In this document: piece by piece, positions 49,223-62,170 of the stretch
How the letters are laid out: each line of letters opens with the position of its first letter
Numbering within the stretch: the first letter of the stretch is position 1
From: Camelus ferus
Taxonomy: Eukaryota
Assembly (NCBI RefSeq): GCF_009834535.1
Contig: NC_045714.1
Location: 18,414,001-18,478,000, forward strand
Direction of reading: 5' to 3'
Length of the DNA stretch: 64,000 bases
Translations under genes and position numbers: made by a program
Notes under the pieces: generated by a model
What the model was told of the DNA's origin: nothing
What the model saw: the letters and a program-made list of their open reading frames with translations, nothing else
Database searches by the model: none

Positions 49223-52200
49223 GACGCATTTGGTCACTCAGGGCCTGGAGGTGCTTTTGGAATCTGGGCCTGCTGGGCTACATCCCCCATCTGCTCTCCT
49301 GTCGGGGCGGGTCCCTCGAGGCAGGCCAGCTGGGAAAGAGAAGCCAGGCCCCTAGTGTCCCGTCTCTCTTGGGACTCAAGGGAACCCGGATCTCGGCGTG
49401 GCTGCCCTGAGTGGAGCCAAGGGTTCCTGGGCAGCATCCTCCAGGGCAGGCAGCTCTCAGGGGGCTGCGCACAGAGGGGGGTGGGGTGGGGGACAGACGG
49501 CAGGTACCTCCCCCTGAGGCGACAGAGGGACACAGAGCCAGGGCAGGGCAGGTTGAAGCCCCCCCGTTCCAAACTCCGTCAGCCTCTGGGATGTGCTCTT
49601 GCCTTCGGGGTGAACCAGATCACCCGAGTGTGTGTCTGTCTGTCTATGTGTCTGTCTCTAACCTCAGTCCTACCAGCACAGAATGACCCAAGACCCAGGG
49701 TGTGTGGAGGAAGGCCATAGGCAGCAAATGGATGCAGTTGTCAGCTGTCCGTCATTCCAGGGGATGTGCGCTCAGGCCATCTCCTCGACCTGCTCACAAA
49801 GTGTAATTTGTGGTAAATTCTAATACCCGGCTCACTTTTAAAAACTGATAGTCACTTCCGGCTTCAAGGAGGCACCACACCAAGGCCTGAGGCCTGGTGG
49901 TGAAACTGGGGGGGAGCTTTCGACCAGCAGAGCTTCACTGTGGGGACCAGAACGAGCTGCCTGAGACCGCTTCCCGGAAGCTCGGCTCCTTTGGGGTAGA
50001 TACATAAACTGCCATAAAAACTTGGATTGTAACAACCACCACGGGGATCATGTCAATGCACTGAGTTATATTTAAAAACACACACAGAAAACAAACAAAA
50101 CCTGGGACATGACTGAAGCACCGAAGGCAGGAGCAACGGGGTGGCCGGTAGTTGGCGGTCATCAAGCGGCCATCACACGGCCCGCGCCCGGCTGGCGGGA
50201 CCCGGCCCCAGGGCGGCTGACTCCGCTTTGACATCTCAAACAAGCAGCCATAAAACCCTTTATGGCTCCCATGCCCCTTCCATGCCTCACTCGGTCCGTT
50301 TTCTCCCCTGGGTTTAAGGCTTTCTTTTTGTCTTCTTCTTGCTTGCTAGGTTAGTTACTATGGAGGTCTGACATCAGTAACCTTGACTCAGCTTAATGGT
50401 CTTGACGCAACGGACAGGGTAAAGGTTTTATTCTTCCTGAAGGGGGTTCAACCCCAGAGAACAGCAGCGGCCTGAGGAGTGAGGCCCGAGGGCTTCAAGC
50501 TGTTTGTCTGATGGAGGTGGGGGGGCACGCCCTGGGAGGGGGGAGCGGGGGGGGGGGCACACCAGCTCCCTGGGCCAGGCGGCCGGGAAGGCCACGCCTC
50601 CAGACACCCCGAACTTCAGCTTCTAGGGCTCAGGTAATCCTTTGCCGCTGATGAACACAAATGCCGTTTCCCCTTCAGATTTGGTGAGTGTGTAAACGGC
50701 GATAAACTCAGGCAGCTTTATGAAAATTCCTAAAATGTGCAAGACTTTTAATCCATCTGAGCTCAGTTTGAATAAAACCTCTCAAGGTTCTTGGTCTGTT
50801 GGGGATTTTTTCCTAGTCTTTCACATCCGCCAAGAAATCGTATCTTCCCTTTTTTCAACTAGAATTTATTAACAAGATACAACATCTAGAAGCTTTCACA
50901 AAAGACCTAGTAGTTAGACTTACGATACTTTATAACACGGGCATCTGTTGACATAAAATCACTTCATAACGAACGGAGCTGTGTTTTTATAATTCCTCCA
51001 GGGGCCGGAGGGAGCGGGCCAGCCCACGAGGGGCTTCTCGATCTGTGCTCTGTGTGCATATTACTGTTATCATTATAGGCGGGTCTTGTTAATATTAACA
51101 GATGCAGCTCATTCCTGCCAAGTCCCTGTTGACTCGCGGCCCCTCCTGACCCTTCCGGCAGCAGCCAGGCGACACCAGGCATCGGACAGACACGCCTTTT
51201 CGTTTCAAGGCAGACAGCAGGTTGAGAGGCTTTTGAGTCTCACAGGAGCCTGAATTTGAGTACCAAAAGTCAGAGTTGATGCTTCCAACAACAGATGTCA
51301 GAAGAACACATGGTGATGGCAGAGTCTGTGGTCGCAAGACTGGAGGCGGAGGAAAGTCGGAGGGAAAGAGAGAGAGGGAGGGAGAGAAATGCAGGATAGG
51401 GCCCTCCTTCCCCCGGGTAAGGCCGTAAAGTGGAAGGGAGAACAGGACCCCGCAGTAGCTCTGCAGAGCACGGGGACGCCCGGCCATCTGTCCTGAGAAG
51501 AGTGGCGCCGGCTGAGGGTGGGGCCAGGGCAGGAAAGAGGATGAGGCAGGTCGGAAGCTTCCCAAAGCCCAGAAGGGTGCAGAGGGAGGAAGGGCCAGAG
51601 AGACAGGGGAGACCCAAAGAGATATCCAGGCTGTGAAGAGGCTGGAATCCCCTGCTGTGAGCAGTGAGGGCTGGTTGGGAACCTGGGTACCAAAGGGAGG
51701 GATGGCTGAAGACAAGCTGAAGGCCTGAAACCCAGGGGGTGCCTGGGAGGACAGGCACGACCCGCGCACCAGACAACTGCCGTCCGCGATGCTGTGACAC
51801 CTGAAAGCTTTGAGAACCGTCCCCCCAAAATAAGAGGGAAATTCCAGAATGGACTCCGTTTAAACACTGACTGGCCAAGTTGACCCAGGCTTGACAGAGA
51901 TGACTTTTGCTCCCATCAGGAGGATTGGAGGCTCCGAGCAGAGGTTCTGTCGAACTGGAGGAACACAGGGAAATGGAAGACCACTGGCCATTTGCACGCC
52001 TGATTATCTATCTTAAAAATCTACATCTCACGATAAAAGCAAGTTCCTTGGGCTGACGGTCTGCTGAGTTAAAGCAAACACCCTGCAAGGGGAAACCATC
52101 TTCTTCAAGTCGGGAACAATAGCTTTCATTTTCAAATTCTAAAACATTGTGCTTTTCGATTAAAGACAGGAGCTTTACCTTCAACCTAGCAGAACCGTTT

Positions 52201-53460
52201 CTAGGAATTCATTGAAAGGAAATCGTGATGAGTCATAAGGATGGACAGGGTAGCACTGTTTATAATGACAAAAAATTTGGGTAAAACATTAGGCAATTGG
52301 CTACAAGTAACAGTGGTGGGTCTTGGGATCTGGCGTCCTTGGGCTGCAGTCCCAGAGCCTCAGCCGGGCAGCTGCATGGCCTCGGGGAGGCTGATGTCAC
52401 ACAGGACCATGAGGCAGGAAGACACGGACGCTACATTGCAAAGCAGCTCCTCCGGGGAAAATGGCAAAGCAGGTGGGCAAGCACAGGCTGAGTGGCTTTT
52501 AAACCCCTGATTGACTGTGAAGCTATGAAAGGGTTGGAAGAATGGGCATAAGGGATTTTTCTGGAAAATTCCTCAATAAGAACTATTGGGACGCTCTGGG
52601 CCCCAAGCCACTCCACCCCTAGGAGGAAGGAGGGGGGCTCGTCTTTCACTCCAAGTCACAAGAAAGGTGTCTGGGAGCCCCCAGGATCCTGCAGGGAGCG
52701 CCCATCGTCAGTGGACTCGGCGCAGCAGGGTGCGTTTCCCACCCAAGGATGCTGAGATTCCATGGGCCGGCCTGCTGCCAGGTCCCCGAGGGGAAGGGGC
52801 TAAGTCTGCCCGACCGACGGCCTCAGCTTTTACCAGAGGTTCTTCCTGCAGGGCCACCTCGAGGGGCAAGAAAGACTCAGGCCGCCCAGCTGGAGGGTGA
52901 CTGCCCGCAGCATGGAAGCACAGGTGGTGGGCCGAGTGACAAGAATCTCCGAAGGCACCCCAGCCACAGTGAGGGGGGCGTGGGCCACAGAGCAGGAGTC
53001 ACCCCCCGACACTGTGCTGGGTCCAGTGCAGACCTGCCTGCTCCCCAACTCTTCCTCCCTGCTCTGGCCCCAATTCCAGAAGGACCAGAAATAGAGCCAA
53101 AATATAATTAAGAAATGAACAAGCTTTAAAAAATAAATAGACCTAAACAATAAGCTAAATAAATGCTCAGCAGGTGGGGGCCTGGTGAGTTAGAGAGAGG
53201 AGGCCCCGTCCCCCTTCCCCAGCCACGGGCGTCAGTCGGGGTCGCGGGTGGCCTCTCATCTTTGGATGAAAATTGAGTTTTGATTTGATCCATGAAATGA
53301 AACTGGACATTTTATGGAACTACGTTTTGTGATTTGGAGTGACCCACACAACTGTAAAAGACTAATACTGGCCAGAAAAATCACAGGACTTGCCCACTTT
53401 CTATCTGGGTGCAGGGGAAGCCCAGCTGCGGTGAACGTATCTACAGGGGGTCGGGAGACA

Positions 53461-53900
53461 GAAATGGACCTGGAGATCGTCATTCTGAGTGAAGTAAGTC
53501 AGAAAGAGAAAGAAAAATACCATATGATATCACTCACATGCGGGATCTAAAAAAAAAAAAAAAAAAGAAACAGAAGAGGACACTAATGAACTGCTCTACA
53601 AAACAGAAACAGACTCACAGACATAGTAAATAATCTTATGGTAGGTTACGAGGGCAAAGGAGATGGGAAGGGATAAATTTGGGAGTTTGAGACTTGCAAA
53701 TGATAACCATTATATATAAAAAAAGATTAAAAAAACAGATTTCTTCTGTATAGCAAGGGAACTATATTCAGTATCTTGTAATAACCTTTGATGAAAAATA
53801 CGAAAACGAATGTATGTCTGTATGTGCATGACCGGGACAGGACGCTGTGCACCAGACATTGACACTGCTGCAACTGACTCTACTTCAAGTTCTAAGAAAA
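53461..53900 (+). mobile_element. L1 3' UTR (young, lineage-type) with internal A-run
   Basis: gaaatggacctggagatcgtcattctgagtgaagtaagtcagaaagagaaag...gacactaatgaactgctctacaaaacag...accagacattgacactgctgcaactgactctacttcaa. Confidence 0.9.
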
Positions 53901-55179
53901 GCAGGCGGCCGGTGCCTAGTGCTCATCCCCACACGTCGCACTGGCCTCACGTCCAGCTACATAACCAAACCTCTCCTAACCTCAGTCGCCTCTGACGCAA
54001 GAAGGAGCAAACAGCACACAAACTTCTGTGAGATCAAGGCAAGATAACCCAGGAGGCCCGTCACACGGTGCAGAGGGAGGGATGGCTGGTCAGAGGAAGA
54101 GGCAACCCCCCAAACGTTGCTCTGGAATCCTTGGTGACTTGCAAAGGTGTTCACAGCATAGTAGGGGGATGTATGTTTCAAAACACTGCATGCTAGTGAC
54201 CCTGTATTTAATTGTATGTTTTTTTTTTCATGGAAAATAACCTAGAAGTAAAAACACCAAAATATTGACAAAGGTGATCTACAGAGAGAGGAGTGCAGAT
54301 TTCATCCATTTTTTCTTTCTACTGTTTTTTCCTAAAATTTCTACCGTAAATGTGCATGGCTTTTGTAACAACATATATTATTTTAATCAAAGGGGAAAGA
54401 TGCAACTTCCCTAGTCGGCATCTGCAGCTCTAATTGTCCCCTTTGTCATTTTATGTCCCCAGCTACTTTAAAATACACAAAGCAATGCTTCCTGTTGGCG
54501 GCCGTGCCGTCCCCCTGGAAGGCGGATTCTGAGGAAGCCACTTAGCTGCGAAGGCCAGTTCCTGCCTGGAGCTCAGGTCCACCCAGGAGCCTTGCTTGGC
54601 GTCCAGAGCTCTGCAGCCGGCAGCTGGTGCCTCCCACCCCGAGGCACCTCTGGACCTCGGCGCACTCATTACCCTGGCTCTGCAGGGAACCGAGTGCATT
54701 TTTTCCCTCCTACTGGGTTGTGGCAAGAACCTCACCAGCCTCCAGGAAAGCCTCAGAATTTTCTTTTCTGTTGGGAGCTGTCTGAAAAGCAGTCACATTA
54801 CTAAAGGTGGACTGAAACAAAGGCCACGCTGGGGTTAAAACCAGGAAGTGCTCCCCATCATTCCTGGGATCTGGACACACATTGGCTGTGCCGTCGGAGC
54901 TCTCCAAAACGTCAGAGCGGCCCCTGGGAGGCAGGTGGACGAGAGAGGGTGAAGCAGGGAAGATAAGGGCAGGAGAGATTTTATTCCAGAAAAATCTCTG
55001 CTTTCAAAAGGACTGAAGCTGTGATGGGTGGTGAACTGCCAGACCTGTGTGGTCCTCTCTCGAAGCTTCACTCCTAAAATTGAAGAACAGTGAGGTTCAC
55101 AGTCCATCCATGGCCTCGAGTTGACCAGCCCTTCACCACTTAATAGCAGGAACGCTGGGCCCGATCTCAGAATGAGAGA

Positions 55180-55793
55180 GAACAAAACGGTGCTGCCACC
55201 TGGGAAGGTAACTGGGAAGTTCCTCAAAACGTTAAATGTAGAGCCACCATGCGGCAGAGCAATTCTCCTCCTGGGTGTAGCACCCAAGAGGAACTGAAAC
55301 ATACATCCACATAAAACCCTGTGCCCAAGGTCCACAGCAACATCGTTCACTGTAGCCACACAGTGCGAGAACTCACATGCCCATCGAGTGATGAGTGGAT
55401 AAATAAAACGTGATGTGCCCACACAACTGAATATTATTTAGCAGTAAAAAGGAATCAAATACTGATACGTACTACAGAATGGATGAACCTTGAAAGTACA
55501 CTAAGTGAAAAAAGACAATCACAAAATACCACACACTGTATAATTCCACTCATACAAAACGTCCAGAACAGACGAATTCATGGAAACAGAAAGCAAATCA
55601 GCAGCTGCCTAGGGCTGGGGGTGGGACTCCGGGGGGGACAGGCTAATGGGCTTCTTTGAGGGGTGACAAGAAGGTTCTAAAATGAGATGGTGATGATTGC
55701 CCAACTCTGTGACTATACTGAAAACCAATAAATTGTTCAATTTAAATGGGTGAATTGTATGGTATCTGATTTATATCTCAATAAAGCTGTTAA
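55180..55793 (+). mobile_element. Old L1M (L1MB/ME-type) 3' end
   Basis: gcaattctcctcctgggtgtagcacccaagaggaactgaaac...aatggatgaaccttgaaagtacactaagtgaaa...aaatgggtgaattgtatggtatctgatttatatctcaataaagctgtt. Confidence 0.85.
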
Positions 55794-55862
55794 AGAGAGA
55801 GGAGCGGAGGGAGGGAGAGGATGGAGGAAGATGGAAGAGGAGGAGGGGGTGGGGAGAGAGAG
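55794..55862 (+). repeat. GA-rich low-complexity purine tract
   Basis: Near-pure G/A run directly after the L1M tail. Confidence 0.8.
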
Positions 55863-56589
55863 ACTGACTAACCCACAACATCTATCTTAGAAAATGATGA
55901 TGAGATGTAGGGTTGACTGACTTTTGACAATACTGAGATGTTAAGAAGTCACTTTACTTTTCACCATTTCTTACCACACCCTAAAGACCTCATCCGGCCA
56001 CTCCAGGGCAGCCCAATTTCTGAAGTGTCCAGGCTTGCCCATCACACCGCCAGTGCACACCGTGTCCGTCCCTCAGCTCCCAAACTGACCCCCATTTCTC
56101 GTCCTGGGCATTTATGTGAGCACTCCGTAACAGCGCCACACACAGCACGGAACTGAATGCGGGATATGCGCTACGCAGGGGAGGGTTCTTTTCCTCCACC
56201 TTCCCCAGCGGTTGCCAGTGCAATTTCGAAAGGTTTATAGCAACAACAAGCTGACGCGGCAGAGAGGGCAGTGCAGATGGCCTGGCTCAGCGGCTGCGCA
56301 AAAGCCACCCCTGGGCTCCAACCCGGTCCCACATGTCTGCTCCTTTCCAGTCAGCCCCGTCCGGGCCCGGCTGGCACAGCATCGCACCACAGCGTGGGTG
56401 ACTCGGCCAACAGGAAAGCCCAAATTGCTTTGGGGGAGGCCAGTTATCTGGGGGTCACCTTTTGATTACGAGGCTGGTGCCCCAAATCTGGGAGATTCCA
56501 AAAGGTCTCTCTCTGCCAGGCTGCCATCTCTGTGGTCTGGGTTTCCTCCAACAAGCCATGACATCGGTATTTTAACTTTTTAGATAAGA

Positions 56590-56810
56590 AAGCAGGAATG
56601 ATGGTACGGGTCTGGGCATCCAACTGGCGGTCAATGAATTAGCCTTTGGATGAGTCGCTCACTCTCCCTCCTGCAGGCCTGCTCTCTGTGGACGCTGAGG
56701 ACGACAGGAGCAGTAACTGCCCACAAGCGCTGATGTGAGGGTTAAGCGGGACACGTCATGGGACGCCTTTAGCAAGAGCCAAGCACGTGTCAGTAATGGT
56801 GACTCAGGAG
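56590..56810 (+). mobile_element. MIR, GC-shifted
   Basis: tagcctttggatgagtcgctcactctccct...gatgtgagggttaagcggg...ctttagcaagagccaagcacgtg. Confidence 0.55.
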
Positions 56811-57257
56811 TCGTGTATTCCTCCGCGACCTTTCTAAGAGGGAGGGTAAACCACCACTTTATAAGTCATTCTGATTCACACGTATACAGTGCGTGTAATA
56901 CTGAACTAGACAGTGTTCGGAGAATGGGAAAGAAATGCCCATAGAACTTGCAGGCTTTGTTTGAAAAAATAAAAGAACTCATGAAGAAATTTATGTAAAT
57001 GATTCTAAGAATGTCAGAGAAAGGGGTTCACCATAAACAGGAGGAAATGCATTTCCCACGGGCGGTGTGACTGCGTAGGAAACGGCTAGGAAGTGGCTTG
57101 AAAAGCACACTGGACTCGTGGCGGTGATTTAAAGTGGGTTAATTTCATTTCAAGAAAATACCACCATCGTCACATTAATGATGCACACACGATGCTGAAA
57201 AATATGGGTTTACATTCTTAGCAACTTCTATCAAGGAGATAGTAAAGGGCTAACTTA

Positions 57258-57258
<1 letters not shown>

Positions 57259-57294
<36 letters not shown>
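57259..57294 (+). repeat. (AC)18 microsatellite
   Basis: Read directly. Confidence 0.97.
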
Positions 57295-57296
<2 letters not shown>

Positions 57297-59213
57297 GCAC
57301 AACCACGGGAAGTCTAACCACAGGCAGTGAAAGTTTCCAAGTTTAAGGAAGGGGCTGGGAAACAATTAAGCTGGGGGAAACCTAGCAGGTGCTGGGAGAA
57401 TAATGCAATTTCCTAGGGCAGCAGATGTACAAGTGAAACAGTATCCAGTAACAGTCCATCAGATGGTAATTATAGCTGGACTGGAGAAGACCAGATGAGA
57501 GGGGCAATTCAAAGGGTAACTGAAAGCCGGCGAGTGACATCTTCCAGGGAGATCACATACCAGGAAAAAGCGGGCCAGCACTTAGCTCCAAGAAGGGGGG
57601 GTTAAACAAACCGTCATTTTTCTTTTGTAGAAGGACAAAGGGAAAACGGAGGCTTCAGACAATTCATTCGTCGAGATTTAAACAGACCGTCACTAATAAA
57701 CAACTACGAAAAATACCAGCGGGTGCCGATTGCTCTGACGGTGCGAGCGCTGGGATGATGCTGTCATCTGGGAGGCGATGGATTGATGCGGCCAAAAAAT
57801 TTTTTGAAAAAAAAAAGAAAGGAGAGCTGAGTTCACACTGGAATTCCACACTACTACAGACCAAGATGGGGAACTCCAGCCACTTGAGAGGATGGTGGGG
57901 CGCACGGGTCCACACTAACGCGAGCAGGTTTCCAGGTGTTTAATAACACAAGGAAGAGCCATTTAAAATCCTGGGCTCGGAAAGGAAACAGTGTCTTGGA
58001 CCAGACACAGCCCCTCCCAAGGAAACAGGTCTACCCTGAGTGTGAGCTTCCTCCCGAGTCTGTCTCTGGCTCCCAGGGGCTGGTGCAGCCCCCTCGCACC
58101 CCTGGTTTAACCAGCCCCGAACGGTCCCACATCAATACTGACGCTGGGCCGTAAGGTCCCCGAGCTTGGGGACCCTGTCACAGCCATCTCTGAATCCCTG
58201 TGGGGGAGGCAGGAAGAAAAGCGTGCCACCTGGCACACAGAACCCCCCCAAAGTAAGTGCAGGTCAACCTGCTCCACTGACTTTCATCAACACGGCCACT
58301 CAGGTCACTCAGCCAAAGTCTGCGTACTTCCCTGACAACAGTTCTCATGCAAGCGGGCCACGCTGATTCACGGCACAAAAGAATTCCCACCAGAATACTG
58401 CTCAGAGCGCAAATGCGCAGGCCAAGACCGCCCATTGAGCTAAGCGACGAGCCTTCTAGGTCCACTGCACGTGGGTCCTGGTCAGGAGGAAGCCTTCCCC
58501 CACCTGCGAATCGCTCCAGGTTGCCCGTGAGCTGTGAGGAACCTGCAGGCCCGCCTCTGCAACGTGTGATGAAAATCATTCGCGCGTTTTCCGGGTCCTT
58601 TCCTGGGGCCCGGTATGGAGTGGGCTGTCAATCCATAGGCACGATCGGGAAGGTTTTGTGGCAGGGACCCCCAGCCTGCCAGCCCGGCAGCAGCTCCCGG
58701 GCCTTGGGGTGGGAGGGGGCATATGTCCCGGCCATGCGGTGATGAATTTCAATCACTGCTGCTTTGTGCCAGATTCAAATTGGCAGCCCACCGAGATGAA
58801 ACGCGTTCTACCCCATTACTCACGCCTGGAGTGCTCTGTTCCCTGGAGCACTGGCTTCTTAGGCGAAAGCAACGGAACGGACGGTCAGTCAGAGATGGTT
58901 TAAATGGGATGAGACGTATGAAAGGCCAGCGCCCAGGAAGAGAAATGCGCAGACGTGTGAGGGAGCCGAGGGTCCTGTATGAGCTCCAGGTCCTGGCGAG
59001 TATAAACTTACAGGGAAAAAAGGAACTCTTCGTAAGGCAACCGCTCAGCCTCACCCAGCCCAAAGGCCGCGCTGCTGTCTGCTCTGCTCAAAATCAACGC
59101 GTTTAGGACCCTCTATAAATTCCTCCTAAAAATGTCCTATTTGGCTCACCTTGTCCCAGATAATCAGCCTAAAACATTAAATCCACCTAAAATGTTTTTT
59201 AAAATTTAAAATA

Positions 59214-59484
59214 ATAATAAACCGTGGTTACCAAAGGAGAAAGGGCAGATTGGAATACATCAGGGGCTGGGGGCTAACAGACACACACTACTGTATACAA
59301 AATAGATAAACAACAAGGACCTACTGTGTAGCATAGGGAACTGCATTTAGTTTCTTATAATAACACGTAATGGAAAAGAATCTGAAAAGAAAAAAATGTA
59401 TATATGCATGTGTATGTATATCTGAATCACTGTGCTGTACACCTGAAACTAACATTGCAAATCAACTACACGTCAATTTTTTTT
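59214..59484 (+). mobile_element. 5'-truncated L1 3' UTR with ~11-bp TSD (aatttaaaata)
   Basis: gtggttaccaaaggagaaagg...aaatagataaacaacaaggacctactgtgtagcatagggaact...ctgtacacctgaaactaacattgcaaatcaactac; TSD at 59203-59213 and 59485-59495. Confidence 0.88.
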
Positions 59485-61299
59485 AATTTAAAATAGTATA
59501 ATGTAGCATTTAAACTTCTGAACGTCTAGGCCCATCCCATGTGGATTATGCTCTTGGCAAACTTTTAGGATTTCTAACATTCTCACTAGGTCTTGTTCAC
59601 TAAATCGGAACCTTGACTAAAACCTTCTCAAGAACGAGAACGACACGCAGCAGTGAAGCGCTTCCCGCAGAGCCCGGCTTCGCCAGCGCGGCAAGCAGCA
59701 TGGCCACAGCCGCGGGCCCCAGCGCCAGCCCAGCCCGCTGCCAGGGGGATGTCTTCCTGGAGCCCGGATTTAAAAAGCACGCTCCTCTATGTCTTGAAGT
59801 ACACTGGGGCTGTGGGCACACAGCACACAGAGGTGACCACGGGGAAAAGAGTTTTAAATGTCAGCAATGATTTCAACTCAGAACAACCTGTGAAGTAATG
59901 ATCGGATCGTTGTCAATGCAACAACGTGTTTTCTCTGGGTGGTGGTGGGAGGTTCCTGAAGTTCAGGAAGACTGTTCCTGATCCCCACCGGGCAGCCCTG
60001 TCCTGCTCCCCGTCCCTCCAGCCATGCCACTCATGCCCCCGAGGACCAGCAGGAGGCTCTCAAGCCATGGGCTGTCCCAGGCATGTAAGGGCTTCTCCTG
60101 ACCCAGCGGATGGTCTCTCCTCCTTGAAGACATCTCATTAGTGGCTGCAAGAGGGCAGCATCCCTCACGCAGAAGCCGCGTCCCCCTGCTTTGTACCCGC
60201 AGCCCCTTCCCTGGGATCAGCACGACGCCCCTAAGCTGTGTTTCGGGGACTGACACAGATGAAGCCACGCTCCCCGACCCCTACCCACTCTCGTGGCTCT
60301 CACCCCAAAAGAGTCCACACCCAGGATCTCCACACACCACCAGACCCCCTGGGGGCCTGCCCCACGGTCCTCCAGATGGACCGCCTTTTCACCTCTAGAG
60401 TGGACAGAACGTGAGCTGTGATGCTGGGGGCCCGCTACCAAGGACACGCCTTGTGGTCCCTGATGGAGTGACACGCATCTGGGCATTGCTTCAAAATGAC
60501 AAGGCAGGAAGGGGAAGTGGGTGGGGGCATAGAAGATCCAAAACCGGCCAAGAGTTGCACACTGTTGACTCTCGAGTGTGGAGTCCCGGGGAGTCTCGGG
60601 GCTGAGATGCGCCCCCTCTGTGTTCAGATGCTTTAGGGCAACTGGACAGAGTGATGCTGTGTCTGTTAAACCTAATGATGAAACACCAGACTTGAATTCT
60701 GCCTTTGCCTTTAAAGCTCCTTTTTTAGGAATCCACGTTTTACAGAACTATCAGGCTATAAGGGATTGTACGTTTAAAAAAAGAAGCAGAAGAAAGGTCC
60801 CTCAGCACAGACGGAAGGAGAAGCCTGGCTTCGCAGGACTCTCTACTGTCCTCCGTTTCCCATTTTCCATAATTAAGAGTTGGGGAGAGAAGCAGAATTG
60901 TTTGGTTTTGGTCTCTACTCACATACAAATTTAGCATTTATCAGAAAATAAAAATAAATGTATTTTTCATTTTCCAAATATAAAGATAAATGTAGGACTT
61001 AGAGCAGCCTGGTCACAGTGAGCAGCACGTGGGTCTCGGTGGGAACGCCGCCCCCCAGGATGTGAAGCGGGAGGGGAGGGGCAGCGGGACGACGTCCTGC
61101 GCGCCCCACCCCGGGGCTGTGGTGGGTTGTTGATCTCAGAGCCCCGCACCCAGCGCTGCTCAGCAGCTCCTCGACTTTCTGCCTTCCTCTCCTCTCCCTC
61201 ACCAAGGATAAATGTCAGCCCACGGAGGGATGTTTTTCCTACCTTGGTAAGAGGCGGTTACACAAACTGCACACGCCTACGTGTGAGTCCGCCCGACGG

Positions 61300-62170
61300 T
61301 CACGTTTCCAAGGACGCCGCTGAGCACGGCTGCGTGTGCCCTTGACACGTCCACTTCCATTTAAAGCGGAATCTAGGGTGGGTTTCGGTCCCTCCTCCCG
61401 TTCTGGAACCGAGTGCCCCGGGCCGTGCACTTTAAGGTCACCTGCGCCCAGGGCGGCGGATATGCTCCCCGCGGAGCAGTTAACCAACGGCGCCCAGGAC
61501 TCAGACCCGCAGGTCCTCAGGGCAGCCAGCTCTGTTGTGTCAAACCCTGAAAGCAAGGCACGAGGGAAAGTGGGGGGGGGGGGGGGGGGGGGGTGTCTGC
61601 TTTTGAGCAAAGGGGTAAACACCAGAACGATGCCCGGAGGTGGGCTCCACACGGAGGCGGGCTCCACACGGAGGCGTCCCCGCGGGGAGTGTCGCCAGGG
61701 ACCCCTCGGGTCCTGCTCCGGGCGCGCGCGGGGAAGGAACCGCCGCCGGAGGGAAGGGGCCGCGGGGAGCCCGGGGCGGGGGCGCCCCCGGAAGGTAGGC
61801 GCCGGGGATGCAGGAGCAGCCGCCCGTCGCGCGGGCAGCGCCGCCCCATCTGCCACGCCCGCCCGCGCCGGCTCCGCGCCGCCCCGCCTGCTGCCACCGG
61901 CTACCCACCGCGTCCTTGGAGACCTCCTTTGATGGAGCGTTGGTGCCAAGCTTTTCCAGAGGGTAGACAATCTGTCGTCGGGGCCGCACGGGAACCAAGT
62001 AATGCAGGGCGGACGTCAGCGAGTGCGCGCCGGAGCGCTGGACCTGCGAGAGGCGAGCTCGGGTTCAGGGCGGAGGCTGTGGGCGCCGCGCGCACAGATG
62101 CCGAGCGCGGCTCTGCAAACACAGGACTCCGCGCCCGGCCAGCCCCGAGAGGTGGGGGGACCGGCAAATC
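61300..62170. promoter_or_regulatory. Intragenic CpG island around exon A, with a G22 homopolymer (61572-61593) and a 17-bp tandem repeat (61636-61676)
   Basis: Very high GC and CpG density by eye; G run and ggagg(t/c)gggctccacac x2.4 read directly. Confidence 0.75.
61909..62043 (-). CDS. CFAP61: CFAP61 internal exon A (135 nt, phase 0/0): VQRSGAHSLTSALHYLVPVRPRRQIVYPLEKLGTNAPSKEVSKDA
   Basis: Acceptor gcctctcgcag|GTC, donor GCG|gtgggt; 45 codons; partly contained in ORF 61540..61998(-). The 5' boundary is slightly less certain because the first residues diverge from the human sequence as recalled. Confidence 0.9.

Noticed and set aside
51095-51878. Three overlapping ~190-224 aa minus-strand ORFs
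   Set aside because: Open in all three frames because the strand is C/T-rich and stop-poor; low-complexity Pro/Ser/Leu, not similar to CFAP61 and not needed for exon phase continuity.
34245-61908. A missing CFAP61 coding exon inside the 27.7-kb intron
   Set aside because: Exons A and B join in phase 0 and the peptide is contiguous with the orthologue as recalled (…VSKD[A/P]-[V/M]SYALNH…), so no extra constitutive exon is needed.
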